Shown in pieces: positions 37,642 through 47,577 of a stretch of 64,000 nucleotides of DNA. The DNA lies in IMG/VR virus record IMGVR_UViG_3300024967_000001, positions 402 to 64,401 of that record; one strand, given 5' to 3'. Source of the stretch: a virus. Its lineage: Duplodnaviria; Caudoviricetes. Made by a program: the position numbers and the translations under genes. Numbering within the stretch: position 1 is the first letter of the stretch; every line of letters begins with the position of its first letter. The notes below the pieces were generated by a model. That model ran no database searches. It saw only the letters and a list, made by a program, of their open reading frames with translations, and was not told where the DNA came from.

Positions 37642-38433
37642 CTAAATAATATATGAAACAGGTTTTTGCCCTGGTGGTGTCTTTACAGCTTGTTCTGGAG
37701 TCCAGTTTCGTCTAAGCCTATTTGTCACTAATCGCCTATCAATATTGTAAATTCTAGCCATTTCAGTAACTGTTTGAGTTACGCCTCCAACCGTTATAAA
37801 ACGATTTATCGGTGTTAACTCTGCTTTAAACGCTTCTTCATTACTCCATCCTCTAGCAAGCCTACATTGTGCTACAGATAATTTGATTCCATAAAAATCT
37901 GCAAACTCGCTAACTGTTTTAGTCACTCCATCAATCGTGATAAGTCTGTTATATCGAACATTATTCATCTGTTCTTTATCAGTCGCCCATCTGCAATTGT
38001 CAGGCTCATAATTGCCATTGGTATCAATGCGGTCAATACTATGCTTTGGAGAAGGGCGATTACCCATGTCTTGAATAAAGTTCTCAAAACTATCTCGCCA
38101 TCTATCACAGATAGCTATGCCTCTTCCGCCATAGTTATGGTATGCAGGATTATCGCCATTATAACATCGCGCTTTCATCCCCACCCACGTATTGTATTCA
38201 GAAGTTTTGGTAAGCCCATGCGTTTTATTAAAACCCTTCAACCGGTGTTCTTTCTGCAAGCAACCACAAGACAATATATTTCCTTTATGTAAATCGGAAC
38301 TATTGGCTGTCTTTATGCCTCCGCAATCACACATGCATTCCCAAAGAGATTTCCCCCTATGGTCGCTACCAACTCTTTTTACAACAACTAACTTTCCGTA
38401 TCTTTTTCCGCATCTATCAACTATTTTTGTCAT
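37642..38433 (-). CDS. Free-standing HNH homing endonuclease
   Basis: W.C.CDCG, MKARC, YGGRGI.ICDRW, SIDRID.NGNYEP.NCRWAT. Confidence 0.88.
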   Translation of the reverse strand: MTKIVDRCGKRYGKLVVVKRVGSDHRGKSLWECMCDCGGIKTANSSDLHKGNILSCGCLQKEHRLKGFNKTHGLTKTSEYNTWVGMKARCYNGDNPAYHNYGGRGIAICDRWRDSFENFIQDMGNRPSPKHSIDRIDTNGNYEPDNCRWATDKEQMNNVRYNRLITIDGVTKTVSEFADFYGIKLSVAQCRLARGWSNEEAFKAELTPINRFITVGGVTQTVTEMARIYNIDRRLVTNRLRRNWTPEQAVKTPPGQKPVSYII

Positions 38434-38507
38434 CTATAAAGCCTCATTCATTATTAAAAAACAACGAGTTATTATAACAAATGAGGCTATAGAATGATAT
38501 ACCGACA

Positions 38508-39785
38508 TTATACGCCAGCTATCTTCACCGCCGAATCGATGGCGATCACCCCATTATCGGTGTATTGGCTTTGGGTTCCGTGATCGATCAAGAAGCGGAT
38601 TTTACTCATGCCGTTCATCATGCCGATCAACACTTCCAGCTTGTCGCCGTGATCCAGTTCTTTTTCAGACCAGAAGAACGGGTTGCCGGTTTTGTTGTTC
38701 ATGCCGAACGCAGAGGCCAGGGCTTGACCGCCTAACAGGATTGAACGATCCACCGCATAGCTAGTACCGAACGCCGCTGGCACTAAGTCAGTCGATGTTT
38801 CTGTTTCAGTGGTGTAGCTTGCGCAGTAACGCAACGAGTCACCGGCATAGAAGCGGATTGGTTTCGGCATTTTGACGATCAAGATGCCCATCCACAATCC
38901 CGCTTCGCCCATGAATAACGGGTTCTGTCCGGCCATTTGCGCTCTGGACATGGCGTTGGCTTGCAAGGTGCGGAAGTTGGTAGACTGCACGAATGAGGTA
39001 TAGTTCTCGCTTGATACCAGCAATACTCGCAATGGAGAATCATTACCCATCTTGTCGCCGTCAAAGATGACCGGCGCAGGAGGCAATGGCATCGAGTCGA
39101 GCACTGTGCGGATACCATCCACGACATCCGAGTTCAATACGTCGGTAGTGGCGATACTGATTTCGTTAGCGGCGGCGGCAATATGTTCAATACCGGAGCC
39201 GGTAGACATGTAGTGACGGTTCTTGGTGGGCGCTTTCACCGAGTTTACGCAGATTTTCGCAAAATCGGCATCTGATGCCAGCGGTACTGCCCACTCGATG
39301 TTGTCGTGGAAACCACGCGCACCAGCCATGTGAACCAGGGCTAACTGATCCTGCAAGCGGTTCATGTACGCTTCGCCTAAGTTACGGGCCAATGAGCGCA
39401 ACTGCCACTTGGTGCGTTGTTGGGTCATCGCGTCACCGGCTGAGATCGGCTTACGAGTCTGGTTGATACGGAGCTTGTCTTGCGAGAACGATAATGCTTC
39501 GCCCAAGCCTTCCGCGTTTTCGCCGCCCATGATCGGCTTGCCGCCTAAATGGTTGACCAAATCGAAGCGCACTTCATCGCCCGCAGTCTTTTGTAAATCT
39601 TTACAAACGACAATCGGGTAATTGCTGCTGGACTGGACGCGGAGATTGTTTTCAGCATCCGCCTGAGTAGGCAGTTTGCCGGTTAAACGGTTTAGCGTGG
39701 TATTGCGCTGCATCGATGCAGCAAACAAGCCAGCCGATTGAATATGAATGGCCTGATCGCCACCATAAGGGATATTCGTTGCCAT
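38508..39785 (-). CDS. Major capsid protein (N4-gp56/DUF4043 family)
   Basis: DLQK.AGD.V.FDL...G.P..G...EG..E.L; NPLF.G..G.W.GI; follows the scaffold gene. Confidence 0.88.
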   Translation of the reverse strand: MATNIPYGGDQAIHIQSAGLFAASMQRNTTLNRLTGKLPTQADAENNLRVQSSSNYPIVVCKDLQKTAGDEVRFDLVNHLGGKPIMGGENAEGLGEALSFSQDKLRINQTRKPISAGDAMTQQRTKWQLRSLARNLGEAYMNRLQDQLALVHMAGARGFHDNIEWAVPLASDADFAKICVNSVKAPTKNRHYMSTGSGIEHIAAAANEISIATTDVLNSDVVDGIRTVLDSMPLPPAPVIFDGDKMGNDSPLRVLLVSSENYTSFVQSTNFRTLQANAMSRAQMAGQNPLFMGEAGLWMGILIVKMPKPIRFYAGDSLRYCASYTTETETSTDLVPAAFGTSYAVDRSILLGGQALASAFGMNNKTGNPFFWSEKELDHGDKLEVLIGMMNGMSKIRFLIDHGTQSQYTDNGVIAIDSAVKIAGV

Positions 39786-39791
39786 ATAAGG

Positions 39792-39927
39792 TTTCCTTCG
39801 GCGGCTCAATGCCGCTCATCTACGGGATTTAGCGCGTCATCTCGACGAGCGTTTTCTTTGGGGTTCCTTCGGCGGCACAAGACCGCCCATTTACAGGATT
39901 TAGCGCGTCATCTCGACGAGCGTTTTC
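39792..39927 (-). repeat. Tandem duplicated structured element (about 65 bp, period 71) in the capsid leader
   Basis: TTCCTTCGGCGGC...GGATTTAGCGCGTCATCTCGACGAGCGTTTTC twice. Confidence 0.9.
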
Positions 39928-39930
39928 GGT

Positions 39931-40890
39931 TTAAACTACACGCGACATCAGTTTTTGAATTTCTTCCGGCGATTTGTTGGCAAACAACGACTCCAGTTGT
40001 CTCGGGGTCATGGTCAGCATCGCCTCGCTTACGTCCGTTGTCCCTGCCGTGCCTGCCGGAATATCCGACAAACTGTTAGGCGTGGGCTTTTTGACATTCG
40101 CTAAAACTTCTTTCGCTTTATCTTTGGCATTGGCTTCGGGTTCTGCCTCGACCTTGGCCGGGTTCGCATCTTTATAGGCAGTGATTAACTCTACAACCTG
40201 ATTAGCATTGCCTCGATCAAGCACCGTGTTGTACTGATCTCTGACAAATGACGGATGGCTATTGATCCACGCTTCCAGTTTCGGGTCGCTCACGACCTGC
40301 TGCCAGTCGGCATGGGCATTAGCAATAGCATTAAAGTGCTTGTCTTGGGCGCTTTCCTGAACAATTTTCTGAACCGGTTGAATCTGTTCATTGATTTGCT
40401 GCTGGAATGCTGCCAAACCTTGCTTAATGCCGTCATCAATCATGCGTTGGATAAAGGGCTTCATATCTTCGGCGACTTCGGGGAAATCCCCTTGGTACGC
40501 TTCCATGACCGCCTCTTGGGCTTTGGTATCGCCAGTGCCCGCATCATCGACTTTGGCCGCTTGCAGTGCCGCTATCAATTCCGCTTGCTGTGCCGCGAAC
40601 TGCTCCCATTGAGAAGCTTTCTGCTCCAGTTGCGCCGCTTTATCTCGGGCATCCACTAACTCCTGATAGGGAATGGTGTGTTTGCCGTCTTTCGCTAGTA
40701 ACTCAGGTTCGGGGTCTTTTATTGCTTCCTGTCCAGGCTCAGGCGTTGCGCTGGTTTCCTCGTCGGCTGCTGCCGGGTCGGTATCGCCTTGATCGTCAAT
40801 CGTGCCGCCATTTACAACGGAGTCTTTCTGATCGTCAGTGAGTTGATAAAATTCGTCCGGGTTTGCTGCAAAATAATCTGCGTCTTTCAT
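39931..40890 (-). CDS. Scaffolding protein
   Basis: Acidic, helical, KDGKHTIPY motif; precedes the capsid gene. Confidence 0.75.
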   Translation of the reverse strand: MKDADYFAANPDEFYQLTDDQKDSVVNGGTIDDQGDTDPAAADEETSATPEPGQEAIKDPEPELLAKDGKHTIPYQELVDARDKAAQLEQKASQWEQFAAQQAELIAALQAAKVDDAGTGDTKAQEAVMEAYQGDFPEVAEDMKPFIQRMIDDGIKQGLAAFQQQINEQIQPVQKIVQESAQDKHFNAIANAHADWQQVVSDPKLEAWINSHPSFVRDQYNTVLDRGNANQVVELITAYKDANPAKVEAEPEANAKDKAKEVLANVKKPTPNSLSDIPAGTAGTTDVSEAMLTMTPRQLESLFANKSPEEIQKLMSRVV

Positions 40891-41020
40891 TCGTTGTTGC
40901 TCCAATGTTATCCCGTAGAAGGGCTAACCTGCCGTATCGTCGCAGTCACGTTATTGGATAGGGGTATTATACATCAAATGTTGACAATGAATAAAATATT
41001 TACGCATTGTCAACTTAAAA

Positions 41021-41713
41021 TTAATAGTCGCCGAGTAAAATCCAAGTGACAGTAATTGTGCCGCTCAGGGTTTGTGTTGCATCAGCATCGACATCGGTGG
41101 TGGTCGCATAAGCAGTGTTGATATACAAGTCTTTCGCGGTGCTGGTGCCGTCGAACTGCGCTGACGCGGCCAGGGCTGCACCCACTGCCGTTCCTGCAAC
41201 ATTGATCGTTGCCGATGAAGTGAACGCGGTAGACGGCAGCAAATCTGCCATAGTGCTGTTCAGCGTGGTGCTGGATGCGGTCGCCGTACCTAACGCTAAT
41301 GCTCCGGTTGAGCTTGCGTTTAACGTGCTGGCCAATGCGCTGGTGGTTTTTTGTGCAATCGACGCGGTAACGCCCAACACCAGGATTCTACCCGCCGGGA
41401 AGTCATACAGCTTCGTGCCTTGGTATTCGGTGCCATTGACCACGGTTTGCGCTAAATCAGTCAATGTGAATACAGTCTGATGCACAACACCATCAAACGT
41501 GTCGACCGCGCTGAGCGTCGATAATGCCGCAACGCCAGTCGTCAGCGCACCGCTTCGGCCCAATACCGTGAATACGTCGGTATGGTCGTTGTAATACTGA
41601 ATCAAGGCCTCGTCAACTTCGCTGACCATTCCGGCCGTCCAATTGTCTTTGGCGGGGACTTCGCCAACCCGTTTCGGGTATGTGGCTGTTTGTGACGCTT
41701 TAACTATGTACAT
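41021..41713 (-). CDS. Hypothetical Ala/Thr-rich virion protein
   Basis: AAGGA RBS. Confidence 0.6.
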   Translation of the reverse strand: MYIVKASQTATYPKRVGEVPAKDNWTAGMVSEVDEALIQYYNDHTDVFTVLGRSGALTTGVAALSTLSAVDTFDGVVHQTVFTLTDLAQTVVNGTEYQGTKLYDFPAGRILVLGVTASIAQKTTSALASTLNASSTGALALGTATASSTTLNSTMADLLPSTAFTSSATINVAGTAVGAALAASAQFDGTSTAKDLYINTAYATTTDVDADATQTLSGTITVTWILLGDY

Positions 41714-41721
41714 AGCTGTCC

Positions 41722-42297
41722 TTATTGAGTTACGTAGAGATTGAATGTGCCGTTAGTGTGACTATTGACATCCACCCGAACGGCACGAACGGGAGTGGTG
41801 TAGAGATGTTCAGTATTGGCGGTCTTGCCCGCTTCGGCATTGAACGCGACCGCTCCGGCATTGGCTTCGTCATAAGTATGCTGAATGTCGAAGTTGATGG
41901 TGCCGCCAATGGAGACTGCGGCAGTAGCGGGAGCCGTGTGCATATCCACCCAAGGCGATTGTGCGGTGGCAGCCCAACCAAGATCAAACGTGTCAGCGCC
42001 AATCGTTGCCGATGGGGTTGCCGAAGTCAGCGAATAGAATGCTAACGTGCTGGTGACGGTCGCTGATACGCCTGGAGCGGCCAGCGTTTCGGTCAGTGCT
42101 TCGCCGTTAGGTCCAACACCAACCAAGATAATGGTCTTGGCGCTATGGTCGGTTGCTGCATCATTACGAATGGTCACATGATGCGCCAGTCCGTCCCCGG
42201 CTTTAGCGGTGGCAATCGTCCAGCTTGCGCCGGTAACATTACTGGCGTGTCCGGTCAGACTGGCTGCGGAGACGGTGTAGGCTTGTTTATAGTTCAC
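41722..42297 (-). CDS. Hypothetical virion protein
   Basis: Coupled ORF. Confidence 0.6.
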   Translation of the reverse strand: MNYKQAYTVSAASLTGHASNVTGASWTIATAKAGDGLAHHVTIRNDAATDHSAKTIILVGVGPNGEALTETLAAPGVSATVTSTLAFYSLTSATPSATIGADTFDLGWAATAQSPWVDMHTAPATAAVSIGGTINFDIQHTYDEANAGAVAFNAEAGKTANTEHLYTTPVRAVRVDVNSHTNGTFNLYVTQ

Positions 42298-42596
42298 TGT
42301 AGGGTTCCTTTAGTTAAATGGCTCGGCAGAATCAGGCTGCTTTTCTCAACGGGCTTAGCGGGTTCTGGTTCAGCAAAGAAGTCCGGCACAAAATGCAGCA
42401 GCACATCCAGACTGGCATCGGAATAGAAACCGGCATCGTTAGCCAGTCCGAACGCTTTTTCCAGCAAGGCATACACGGTCATCTTACGGTAATTCGGGTT
42501 ATTGACTTCGGGCGCGGCATTCAGCGCATCCAGCACGTATTGAACAATCTCCTGTTCTTCTTCGTGCGTGGTTATATGTTCTTCGTTGGCTATCAC
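42294..42596 (-). CDS. Hypothetical protein
   Basis: AGGAG RBS, coupled to the portal gene. Confidence 0.55.
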   Translation of the reverse strand: MIANEEHITTHEEEQEIVQYVLDALNAAPEVNNPNYRKMTVYALLEKAFGLANDAGFYSDASLDVLLHFVPDFFAEPEPAKPVEKSSLILPSHLTKGTLQ

Positions 42597-44776
42597 TGTG
42601 CGGCTCCTAGATTGTCGGTGATTCTTTGTGTCTCAATGCCGCCATTAGCGCCAATGTTCGGTGACTCTGGCAGGACTGGGGTCATCGGGTTAGTGTTGGT
42701 GGGCTGTGGCGGTACTGCCATTTGCTCGGGCTGTGGAAAGTTCGGGTCAACACCGCCCGGACTCGGCGGCTGATAACCGGCATTCATCATAATGGCGTCG
42801 GCAATAGGTGCGATGGTCGGCATGGATGCCACTTGAGCACCGCCTTGCATCGCCGCATACTGCGCTTCGGTCATGGTCTTGACGGCATTGGCTTCGATCT
42901 GCTTGATTTGTGCATCACTGAGCATTTGCTTGATTTCCAGTTCCTTCATCTTGCGCTGCATTTCTTGTGCTTCCGGCGAGGGTTGTGCGTCGGCGTCCTT
43001 GATCGCCTTGATGATCGCGTCTTTGTCCGGCACATCCATCAGACTGAGCATGTGTGGCATCATGATGCGCTGGTATTCCTGCGGTGAAGCTTTATAGGCT
43101 TCACTCAATGAGGCTAATTGCTGGTTGCGGTAACTGGACGTACTCGGCACATCATCCAGAACCACTTTCAACATAGTGCGTTCAACGTCGTTGGTCAGGT
43201 ATTGAATGCCGCTGTCGTCAGTAATCGGACGGTTCAGCGTAACAACCCGATCCTCTTTCAGTGCGCCGCCGTCAATTAGAACATCTTCTTGCTTGCCGAT
43301 AGAATCCTGCACGATCATCGACAACAGCAAATCACCGACTTGAGCGCGGGACTCGCGGAAATTATCATCAATGTTTGCCAATGACTGCTGCGACTGCTCA
43401 ACCTGCGAGTTGAATTGTACGCCGGAAGTCGCACTGTTATTGTTGCCCTGGAACTCATCACTAATGCCGCCGACTTTGGTGATCGCGTTTCGGGCATCGT
43501 TGAGCATCTTGTATTGCTGCTCATTCAGCTCGAAGTTGCGATCCACTTTGAAGGTAGCGCCGGGCTGCGCCATATGTGCGGCATCCAACACAATGTCTGC
43601 ATCGGGCCTAGCTATCTCCTGCCTAAAATGCTCATCGTCTCCCAATACTGCGCCTTCGGTGCGAGTCGTAACCGTGGCCGCCAAACCCCAACGAATCTTG
43701 CTGATCGAGGCATTGATATTGTCCTGCATGTACATCATGCCGCGAATCCGTCCAAACGGTACGCCGGTCCTGTCCTCACGATGCCCCCAGAACGGCACAT
43801 ACGGAAAATGCTTGTGCCGGTACGGTGACAGTTCATCGCGGAGCTTATGAGGGCCAGCGAACCACGCCTGATGTACTCGGCTGATGGTTGCGTACTGCGG
43901 TTGAATGCCTTGGCTGATCGCCAGCAAGTGCATCGGGTCATCCTGATCCAGTTCAACCACGCGGCCATCCTGCATTTTCAGCACTAAAGCCTGTTCCCAG
44001 GTGCGATACCAGACTTCAAACAGCCGGATTTTTCGGTGTTCCACATCACGCCATTGCTGTTCTTCAATCGACCAGCCGCGCTCGTCGTTCTGCGCTTTGT
44101 ACAGTCCGGTTGATTGACCACCATCGAGCATGAACGCATCCATACCATTCCAGCCTGAGACTGATTGCTCGATAATATCGGCCTGGTCAGCAAACATCAA
44201 TTTGGCAATGTCCTTATCAACCCACTTCATACGAATCAAATACCGCGCATCGGACAGCATCGGGCATTTTGCCAGCCAATCCCACCAGACTTCGTTACGA
44301 TGCACGAACTGACAGCGGTACGGGTACTTGAACGGGTCGGATTCACGCGACACTTCCACCCAACCCAATCCGACGGATACCTGAGACTCGTACGCATCGG
44401 AACAGGAACGGTCGGCTCGGCTTTTGCGCTCGGCTTGATTTAATTTGTAATTGTACGCATCGGCCACTTCCTGTCCGTCTTTGTCGCCATCCGGCACGAC
44501 ACGCCAATCGGTGCGCTTTTTCGCTTCTGCGCCCAATATCGATTCAATCGCCAAGCCTATTAGCGGTTCAACGGCAGGAGGCAAGCCAATCAGCGCCATT
44601 TTCTGCAAAATGTCCGAGTCGAGCTGGTTGCCGTCCTTGTAATCCATCTCCTTGTCGGCTTGCGCTCTCCAGGCTGGCTGATTCAATAGCTCATGGAAGA
44701 AGCCGGTAAACTGCTCCAGCGTCAATCCGTCCGACTCAATCGCGTCACTGGTATCGCGTTCCGCATCAATAAACAT
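42593..44776 (-). CDS. Portal protein (P22-like)
   Basis: Y.DGNQ, FPYVPFWG.R, G.IR.M...QD..N, ATSG; follows terminase. Confidence 0.9.
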   Translation of the reverse strand: MFIDAERDTSDAIESDGLTLEQFTGFFHELLNQPAWRAQADKEMDYKDGNQLDSDILQKMALIGLPPAVEPLIGLAIESILGAEAKKRTDWRVVPDGDKDGQEVADAYNYKLNQAERKSRADRSCSDAYESQVSVGLGWVEVSRESDPFKYPYRCQFVHRNEVWWDWLAKCPMLSDARYLIRMKWVDKDIAKLMFADQADIIEQSVSGWNGMDAFMLDGGQSTGLYKAQNDERGWSIEEQQWRDVEHRKIRLFEVWYRTWEQALVLKMQDGRVVELDQDDPMHLLAISQGIQPQYATISRVHQAWFAGPHKLRDELSPYRHKHFPYVPFWGHREDRTGVPFGRIRGMMYMQDNINASISKIRWGLAATVTTRTEGAVLGDDEHFRQEIARPDADIVLDAAHMAQPGATFKVDRNFELNEQQYKMLNDARNAITKVGGISDEFQGNNNSATSGVQFNSQVEQSQQSLANIDDNFRESRAQVGDLLLSMIVQDSIGKQEDVLIDGGALKEDRVVTLNRPITDDSGIQYLTNDVERTMLKVVLDDVPSTSSYRNQQLASLSEAYKASPQEYQRIMMPHMLSLMDVPDKDAIIKAIKDADAQPSPEAQEMQRKMKELEIKQMLSDAQIKQIEANAVKTMTEAQYAAMQGGAQVASMPTIAPIADAIMMNAGYQPPSPGGVDPNFPQPEQMAVPPQPTNTNPMTPVLPESPNIGANGGIETQRITDNLGAAQ

Positions 44777-44811
44777 TTGTGTGTCCTACGTCATCACGAC
44801 GATGGTTGAAA

Positions 44812-46341
44812 TTATAGCCGCCAGTTTGCCGCTGAGCGTGGCTTATAGCTGGATATTTCTTTAGGCCAGTTCAGGCGAAGCTCCAGCTTCTTATCGTCAC
44901 CAGGGCGTTTGCCTTCCTGCTCTGTTATCCGGGCTAAAGCATCCAGCATGTCATCATGCAAAGGCACCGGAAACGGGATAAATTCTTCTTCGATAAAGTC
45001 ATGGATTATATCGCGGGTTTTGCCCTCATAATCCGTCACCATGTGTTTTCGTGGCAACCAAACCTTTGCGCCTTCAAATAGCGGCACAAGGCGTTTTATT
45101 CGGTCAATTTTAGACTGAGGCCCAGCAACTTCTATTATATCAAACCTATAGCTTTGTTGCTCTTGAATCAATTTGATATAGCTAATGTCGGCCATCATGC
45201 CGTAACGCTCGTATCTGACCTCTATGGGCTTATACTTGCGGTGCAAATCAATGAGCCGGTTTGCTCTTTCCGTCAGATTTAGCCTGTCCCTGACTTCTGG
45301 AATCGCATAATAATTGCCATCCTTACCAAGACCAACTGCCCACATTGACGTGTAATCGTTGCTCTTGCGCTTGCCATTGGCTGCGTCCACCAGCAAATAC
45401 CAGTTGCATCCGGCTAAATTATCGCCATCAAAATGCCTTAACCAGTCCCGACTAAAGCCCTGCGAACTGTCGGCAACCGGGTTTTGCAACATTTGGCAGG
45501 AGTAAACATAAACACCCATATCCCGGCGCTTGTTATTGTTCTGTTCTTCGGTCAGGAATACTGGTGTCCCTGTTAATGAGCCGTCATGCGTGGCAGGATA
45601 GATGCGCGGCGTAACGGTTCCACGATCCATGATGGTTTTATAGGTGTCGGCAAAATGGTAACGAGTACCAATAAACCGACGTTTACCGCCATGAGCGCCC
45701 AAGTTATAGGATAGCGCTAGAGCGTCAGTCGTCTTTTCAATCATTTCCGGGGTATTAACTGACTCTTTTGTTACCAGGTCATCATACACCAATAAATTGA
45801 AATGCTTTCCGGTAGGCTGTCCATCGACAACGCCCCATGCCTCGATTGTCGCTTCTTTCGGGTTGCTGGTGCGCTTGACGATAATGCCGTCATCCTCACT
45901 CCATTTGATTGCTTGTTTCGCTGGATTGTCGTAAAGAATATCAGAGAACCATGCCTTTAGATTCGCATTAAGCTCAAACTCGCGTTTAATCTGCCGCAAA
46001 AACGCCTTGGCTATAGGCCGGGTATGGCTGAATATACCGATGGTGATTTCTGGATTATTCAGAATGTCCTGAATAGTTTTAGCAAATGTTATAATTGTCG
46101 ATTTGTAGTGTTCTCGACTCCACAAGTCCAACATATCATCTGGTTGCTCTTGAACCTCTCGACATCGATCAAACAACCAATCCCTATCAGCATCGCGGCG
46201 ACCCATGCCGTACACCAACAAAAAGAACAGATCGCCTTTGCATAAATCGCGCAATGCCTCAGTCCGTTGCGCTTCGGTGTAATCGTCGCTACCTAGCTTT
46301 GCCAGTAGCTCATAATAATCTGCCCTGTTATTTAGCAGCAT
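44812..46341 (-). CDS. terL: Terminase large subunit
   Basis: REHYKST Walker A variant, LVYDD, IGTRYH, Y.CQMLQNP, LLVD.A, HDDMLDAL. Confidence 0.92.
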   Translation of the reverse strand: MLLNNRADYYELLAKLGSDDYTEAQRTEALRDLCKGDLFFLLVYGMGRRDADRDWLFDRCREVQEQPDDMLDLWSREHYKSTIITFAKTIQDILNNPEITIGIFSHTRPIAKAFLRQIKREFELNANLKAWFSDILYDNPAKQAIKWSEDDGIIVKRTSNPKEATIEAWGVVDGQPTGKHFNLLVYDDLVTKESVNTPEMIEKTTDALALSYNLGAHGGKRRFIGTRYHFADTYKTIMDRGTVTPRIYPATHDGSLTGTPVFLTEEQNNNKRRDMGVYVYSCQMLQNPVADSSQGFSRDWLRHFDGDNLAGCNWYLLVDAANGKRKSNDYTSMWAVGLGKDGNYYAIPEVRDRLNLTERANRLIDLHRKYKPIEVRYERYGMMADISYIKLIQEQQSYRFDIIEVAGPQSKIDRIKRLVPLFEGAKVWLPRKHMVTDYEGKTRDIIHDFIEEEFIPFPVPLHDDMLDALARITEQEGKRPGDDKKLELRLNWPKEISSYKPRSAANWRL

Positions 46342-46843
46342 TGATTTCCGATATGACCGACTGCAAAAAGCCTGTGGAGTGGCCGACTTCCTGCGTGGGC
46401 GCATTGTTTATTTGAATCGCCGTATCAGGTGCTTTGCCCAGCACCGCCTCACGACCTTTATTAATCGTTTCCGCTCTGGCTCGAAAGTCGTTCTGGTTTT
46501 CGCAGGGTTCAGCCATTGCTTGCTTGACGTTGGTTATTGCTGCATTGTTGAAAAACAGAATATGTTTTGTGCGCTCGTCAACCAGTTCATTGTGGATTGT
46601 CAACGCCTGTTGATTTAGCGTTGATTTTGCCTCTTCAAGCCGCACCGCGTCTAGCAATAGCTGTTGTTTTTCACCACCTTTAATCCAGCCTTCTGCTTTA
46701 GCTTTTCGGCTAATCGCAGCCTTGTCGATAGTGGTTCTTTCATTGATCTGAGATAGCGATAAACCGGCCTCGAAATACTCCTTAGCATCAGTCCACTGTT
46801 TATCAGTAATCTTGATGTTTGCCAAACTAATGTCTCCCGACAA
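46328..46843 (-). CDS. terS: Terminase small subunit
   Basis: N-terminal HTH (W..AK..FEAG.SL...ISRKAK.EGW); overlaps terL. Confidence 0.75.
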   Translation of the reverse strand: MSGDISLANIKITDKQWTDAKEYFEAGLSLSQINERTTIDKAAISRKAKAEGWIKGGEKQQLLLDAVRLEEAKSTLNQQALTIHNELVDERTKHILFFNNAAITNVKQAMAEPCENQNDFRARAETINKGREAVLGKAPDTAIQINNAPTQEVGHSTGFLQSVISEINAAK

Positions 46844-47005
46844 TATTCGTATATTCTTATGTACTTATATTGTAACACAACCCCAATTCGGATATAAAAC
46901 TTTAGCGCCAATACTAAAAATAATTGTGTGCAACACAATATATTTGTGTATAATAAGACCCAGTTCAGCGATAACGCGAACATAATTAAACTGGAGAATA
47001 ATGTC

Positions 47006-47281
47006 ATGAGCACTTATAAAATTGATTCACACTGTTTAGGCGATTTGAATGAAACACAAATGGAACAATACGCACAATATTGTTCTGACGTTGCCAATGC
47101 TGCCGGGCTAGATATAGAATTTGAAATTGATTATAGGAACGGCGGGGACAGAGGGGACGGAGTGGAATCACAACTATATCAATATGTGTGGGAAAATTGC
47201 GATTACTGGACAGACAATAATGAACTGAAGGAGCGTGAAATTAAAAAAGCAGCGGACTATTTTAGACATGACTCCATCTGA
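47006..47281 (+). CDS. Hypothetical moron protein
   Basis: GGAG RBS, upstream TATAAT, opposite strand to neighbours. Confidence 0.6.
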   Translation: MSTYKIDSHCLGDLNETQMEQYAQYCSDVANAAGLDIEFEIDYRNGGDRGDGVESQLYQYVWENCDYWTDNNELKEREIKKAADYFRHDSI

Positions 47282-47438
47282 GCAATGCAAAAAGGCGGGG
47301 TTAGACAGCCTCGCCGAGTTCGTCAGGATCAGCGGTGAATCCGAGCAAAATATTTTAAACTGGCACAAAAAAAGGCCGCTCAGATTCAAACTCTTATTAG
47401 CTGGATGCGTGAACGAAAAGAGAAATAACTCTAAATAA
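47268..47438 (+). CDS. Small HTH protein
   Basis: PSEQCK.AGL.SL.E...ISG.S.Q...NW. Confidence 0.6.
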   Translation: MTPSEQCKKAGLDSLAEFVRISGESEQNILNWHKKRPLRFKLLLAGCVNEKRNNSK

Positions 47439-47577
47439 TCATCGTCCACGCAATCCGCGTTAAAGCAAATTGCGTGAACGATTCTTTTTCAATAGCCAGT
47501 CAAGATAGGCAATGATAGCCAGTTCACCATGCCCGGTTATATCATTGCCTTTGCAGTACCAGAGGCCGTATTGTTTT

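Noticed and set aside
15201-46618. Many plus-strand ORFs opposite the virion genes
   Set aside because: Antisense shadows of long minus-strand genes, with no RBS or motifs
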